Of a stretch of DNA of 64,000 bases, positions 58,680 through 64,000 are shown one piece after another. The notes beneath the pieces were generated by a model. The model saw only the letters and a list, made by a program, of their open reading frames with translations, did not search any database and was not told the DNA's origin. The first letter of the stretch is position 1. Each line of letters opens with the position of its first letter. The stretch is from assembly GCA_964016885.1 (NCBI GenBank), contig OZ024748.1:53196001-53260000 (forward strand), written 5' to 3'. The DNA comes from Eledone cirrhosa. Lineage: Eukaryota. The translations under genes and the position numbers were made by a program.

Positions 58680-59425
58680 AAGGATGGTGTTGATTGTGTT
58701 GTAATGCTGTGGGAAAGGTGGTGTTGATTGTGTTGTAATGTTGTGGGAAAGGTGGTGTTGATTGTGTTGTAATGCTGTGGGAAAGGTGGTGTTGATTGTG
58801 TTGTAATTTTGTGGGAAAGGTGGTGTTGATTGTGTTGTAATGCTGTGGGAAAGGTGGTGTTGATTGTGTTGTAATGCTGTGGGAAAGGTGGTGTTGATTG
58901 TGTTGTAATGTTGTGGGAAAGGTGGTGTTGATTGTGTTGTAATGCTGTGGGAGGTGGTGTTGATTGTATTGTAATGCTGTGGGAAAGGTGGTGTTGATTG
59001 TGTTGTAATGATGTGGGAAAGGTGGTGTTGATTGTGTTGTAATGCTGTGGGAGGTGGTGTTGATCGTGTTGTAATGCTGTGGGAAAGGTGGTGTTGATTG
59101 TGTTGTAATGTTGTGGGAAAGGTGGTGTTGATTGTGTTGTAATGCTGTGGGAAAGGTGGTGTTGATTGTGTTGTAATTTTGTGGGAAAGGTGGTGTTGAT
59201 TGTGTTGTAATGCTGTGGGAAAGGTGGTGTTGATTGTGTTGTAATGATGTGGGAAAGGTGGTGTTGATTGTGTTGTAATGCTGTGGGAGGTGGTGTTGAT
59301 TGTGTTGTAATGCTGTGGGAAAGGTGGTGTTGATTGTGTTGTAATGCTGTGGGAAAGGTGGTGTTGATTGTGTTGTAATGTTGTGGGAAAGGTGGTGTTG
59401 ATTGTGTTGTAATGCTGTGGGAAAG
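58680..59425. repeat. 34-bp minisatellite, ~22 copies
   Basis: Unit ggtggtgttgattgtgttgtaatgctgtgggaaa. Confidence 0.95.
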
Positions 59426-59666
59426 CTGGTGGTGTTAGGATTGTAGTGCTGTGGGAAGGGTGATGTTGATAGGATTGTCGTATTGAGATAATGGTTACTG
59501 GCGTTGTTATTGGAGAAATGGTTGTGGTGTTTTCTCTAATGATAATGAAGACAGTGGCATTGTGTTTGTAGTGGTGTTGTTATTGTGACATTATGGGAAT
59601 GGTGTGTTGTGTTGCATTGTGGGAATGGTGTTTGTAGTAGTGTTGTGATGATGGCATTATGTGAAT

Positions 59667-59856
59667 GGCGGTGACTTGGCAGTATCGGTAGAGGGTCGGA
59701 CGCCATGCTTTGATGCATAGAGTTACGGCCCTTGTCATTCTGAGTTCAAATCCCGCCGAGACTAACTTTGCCTTTCATCCTTACGGGGTCGATAACATAA
59801 AGTACCAGTAATGCACTGGGGTAATTGCTGGCCTTATGCCAAAAGTAGAAACAATT
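59667..59856 (+). mobile_element. Full-length SINE family A with 11-bp target-site duplication
   Basis: attatgtgaat at 59656-59666 and 59854-59864 flanks a complete copy. Confidence 0.92.
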
Positions 59857-60396
59857 ATGTGAATGGTGTGTTGTGTTGCATTGTGGGAATGGTGTTTGTA
59901 GTGGTGTTGTGATGATGGCATTGTGTGAATGGTGTTGCTGTGACATTGTGGGAATGGTGTTTGTATTTTTATCGTGGTAACATTGTGGGAATGGTGTTGG
60001 TAATGGTGGTGTTGTGACACAATGTGAACGGTGTTTGTAGTGGTGTTGTTGTAACATTGTGGGAGTGGTGTTGGTAGTGGTGGTGTTGTAGGAACGATGG
60101 TAATGTGCCACACACTAAACAAACCTGAAAAAGTTAATGAGAGCGTCACCGAAGAGAAAAGTACCCGTCTTCAACCCTTTCAGACGTGTTCACAAGACGA
60201 CCTCACTCACCATGGCCACCAGGCAGATAAAAACTGCCTGCCCTATTATCCTCTTATTGATAATAATAACAATCATTGGTGAGAATAATTAGTGATTAGT
60301 GTGAAATTTGTGTGTGCGCACGCTTCAATGATTATCTACGAGTGAGTAGATTTGTAAATGTATACATTTCTACATATACACAAAATGCAAGAAGCT

Positions 60397-60457
<61 letters not shown>

Positions 60458-60572
60458 TGACGTCCGAAACGTTAAAACTATTTTCCTACAATATCAAGCG
60501 TAAAACAAATAATCTATTTCTTCATGTCTTCATTGTACTGTGTTGTTTGCTTTCTTATTTCTGTTTGCCTTT

Positions 60573-60635
<63 letters not shown>

Positions 60636-60850
60636 AAATTCAGCGAGAATCGCATTTCGACGGGTAGAAAAAGCGAAACGTAAAGCAAATTCCGAGTCAT
60701 GCTGGCAAGCGCTCCATGGGCTAAAGAGACCAGAGCAATAAACATAGGTTATAAAGGCCATACAAACTGAGAACGCGGTCAAGAAGCCATTAACCACCTA
60801 AGCCCAAAAAACAAGTCAAGCTAAACAGGTCAGACAAAATAAATGACATA

Positions 60851-60900
<50 letters not shown>

Positions 60901-60907
<7 letters not shown>

Positions 60908-61222
60908 ATACTTGGGGAGGGTCATATTTGTGTAATATTGCCAGAATTAATAACAGAACACACTCACTGTTTGGTTGGTTTTCGCTTTTCGCTTCTGTGT
61001 CTTTTATATCGGTTAATTTAATTTATTCGGTCCTCAATGTTGCCATTGACTGACCAACGGTCAAAAATACAGATACAATATAGACACAAACACATATATA
61101 TAAATAAATTAACTTAACCGATATAAAAGACACAGAAGCGAAAACCAACCAGACAGTGAGTGTGTTCTGTTATTAATTCTGGCAATATTACACAAATATG
61201 ACCCTCCCCAAGTATAACAATA
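60901..61222. mobile_element. Fold-back of the Penelope-like P1 terminus (~125-bp arms)
   Basis: tattgttatacttggggagggtcatatttgtgtaatattgccagaattaataacagaacacactcactgt.. is mirrored at 61083-61222; abuts (TA)n. Confidence 0.8.
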
Positions 61223-61261
61223 TTTGTTTCGACACACGATTTCATATCAAAAACTTTGCAA

Positions 61262-61307
<46 letters not shown>

Positions 61308-62278
61308 GTATATATATGAGAAAGTGAAGCTTCTTGCATCTTCACTGAAAGATTCACACTTCAAGTTGTTAGAAAGTTTGATGGCATGAAACAGAATATC
61401 AAAATGTACGTCGAAATATGATTAGTTGACAATACATCGTGATTTGATGTATTACTCACAACTATTCTTTAGAAAATGCGTCATATATTCATCTATGCAA
61501 TAGATGCACATTTCTTCTTTTCACGTGACAAATCATGATAATTGTCATAATATAAAGCAATAAGATGGAAGTAGGGGTAGCGGTTTGAGGGCATAAAGTT
61601 AAAGTTGTTATAAATCAGTAAATGGTTTTCATACATGTGACACTTCAGTGTATGCCAAATTAGAAACTAAATAGAAAATAAACAACTATGGGGAGGATTC
61701 ACCAACACAGAATTTATAGTTAAAATTCATAACGTTTAAGAAAATCTTGGCAACATTAGAATGAACATTTGAAATATAGGGAGGGTTGTACCACCAAATG
61801 GTTTCTGGTTATGATAATAGTTCGTGGCCTTATGGGCAAAAGACTATCACCATTTCCTTATATTAACGAAAGGCTTGTGAGGAAAATTGAATAAAGGGAT
61901 TTTGTGTGGAAGACCGACGCATTGACTGGACTTGTAACTGAAATGTGCAGCCTATGTTACAGGAGATTACGATAGGAGTACAATTGCATGTGGAATACTC
62001 AGCCAATTGCATGCCTATTTAATGGATCGATCAAATCAATTATTCATCATTTGTCAATTCCTACATATGATACATCATCATCATTATCATCATGACCATC
62101 ATCATTATCAACACAATTAGCGTCCCCCATATATACATGCACAGATACTGATGTCAGTAAATAACCATGCATCGGTGTATATACACATATATAAACTTTT
62201 ACAAAGATGCGTAATAGTATATACTATATATATATATATATATATAGATGATGTGTGTGTGCGTGTCTGCGATATATG

Positions 62279-62331
<53 letters not shown>

Positions 62332-62428
62332 TTTTCTCCATTCCCCACACAAATTGTCTTCATTCTTCATGTTTGCGAATAAGAATGTACGTATATATAT
62401 ATATGTATGTGTATATATATATATATAT

Positions 62429-62467
<39 letters not shown>

Positions 62468-62666
62468 AATATATATATATATGTATATATATATGTGTGT
62501 ATGTGTATATATATATATGTGTATGTATGTATATATACGTGTATGTATGTATATATACGTGTATGTGTGTATATATACGTGTATGTGTGTATATATACGT
62601 GTATGTGTGTATATATATGTGTATGTGTGTATATATATATGTGTGTATATATATATATATATGTGC

Positions 62667-62721
<55 letters not shown>

Positions 62722-63090
62722 TATGACGAGGGATTAAGTAGATTAGATGCTGGTTCTGTAAGCACAGTAGTGGCATGATGGAAAGATGCAAAGATGCTAG
62801 ACCTGAAGAATTCTGCTCATGTCAGAAGATCTCCAAGAAAGCCATCAACGCGATGCCACAGAGGTTTGGTAATGGAATTAATCCTTGCTAGGCATAAGAT
62901 AAATCATTGACAGGTTCAATCATTGAAGCCGAGTCTTCCAGAAATCACCAATAACAACAGCAGCAACAAAATAGCAGCAATAATGAAAATGATAAAAAAT
63001 ATAAAATCGGAAAAATAACACACAGACTATATTAAAAACATGCTCAAATGAGAAGTCAGAAAGGAATATATGTACGTACGTACGTATGTA

Positions 63091-63139
<49 letters not shown>

Positions 63140-63203
63140 ACGTAAATTGGAACGAAATATATTTTCTTGGTATATAAATATATGTATATATATTTTGATA
63201 CTG

Positions 63204-63273
<70 letters not shown>

Positions 63274-63333
63274 GGTGTAAATATATATATATAATATATA
63301 TATAATATATATATATATGTGTGTGTGTGGCTG

Positions 63334-63380
<47 letters not shown>

Positions 63381-63884
63381 CATACATATTTGCATATATA
63401 ATACATGCTTGCTCGCATAGATAAACCCATGTAAATATGCAAGTATATATCCATATAGCGATTTGTGATGCTTTCTCTATCTGTCCCCCTCTCGCTCTGT
63501 CCCCCTCTCACTCGCTCTGTCCCCCTCTCACACTCTCTCACTCTCTCTGTCCCCCTCTCACTCTCTCTGTCCCCCGCTCACTCTCTCTGTCCCCCTCTCA
63601 CTCTCTCCCCTCTCCCACTCTCCCTCCCTCTCTCTCTCCATCCACACCTTACGCTGTAACACTCACGAGTACATATATACATATACAGATATTTGTATAT
63701 ATGTGTATATATACATGTGTGTGTGATTCTACAGATATATATAGATAAGAAGAGACAAAGTCTTCAGGGAGTGTGGTTCCATTAAAAAGAAAAAGGTCTT
63801 ACAAGAAAGTTAATCTCTACCTTCGCACAATTCAGTAGCAGTCTTCATTTACTTCTTAAATAAACTCTTAAAAGCAATGAAAAG

Positions 63885-63938
<54 letters not shown>

Positions 63939-64000
63939 GTACACACACACACATACATAGATTCGTGAAAAAGAAAAAATAATAAATGTCTAAAGCCAAA

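Overview
Eukaryotic, AT-rich, extremely repeat-dense non-coding DNA. It is most likely from an octopus or other coleoid cephalopod (inference from the microsatellite load and a tRNA-derived SINE family I recognise from octopus sequence). I found no credible host protein-coding gene: almost every ORF in the track is a translated microsatellite or minisatellite. The real content is (i) more than 10 copies of a tRNA-derived SINE and a second tRNA-SINE family, (ii) decayed non-LTR retrotransposon fragments from the RTE, R4/Dong-like and CRE-like clades, (iii) an internally deleted mariner and several MITEs, (iv) large minisatellites with 21, 31, 34, 45, 49 and 65 bp units, and (v) Penelope-like-element termini carrying minimal type I hammerhead ribozyme motifs, mostly next to (TA)n tracts. 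The most interesting signals are several distinct hammerheads that often sit at the centre of fold-back palindromes, an R4-clade element inserted inside a (CATA)n microsatellite, an RTE with a twin-priming-type 5' inversion, and unique-sequence islands rich in homeodomain TAAT motifs. Coordinates were read by eye and may be off by a few bases.
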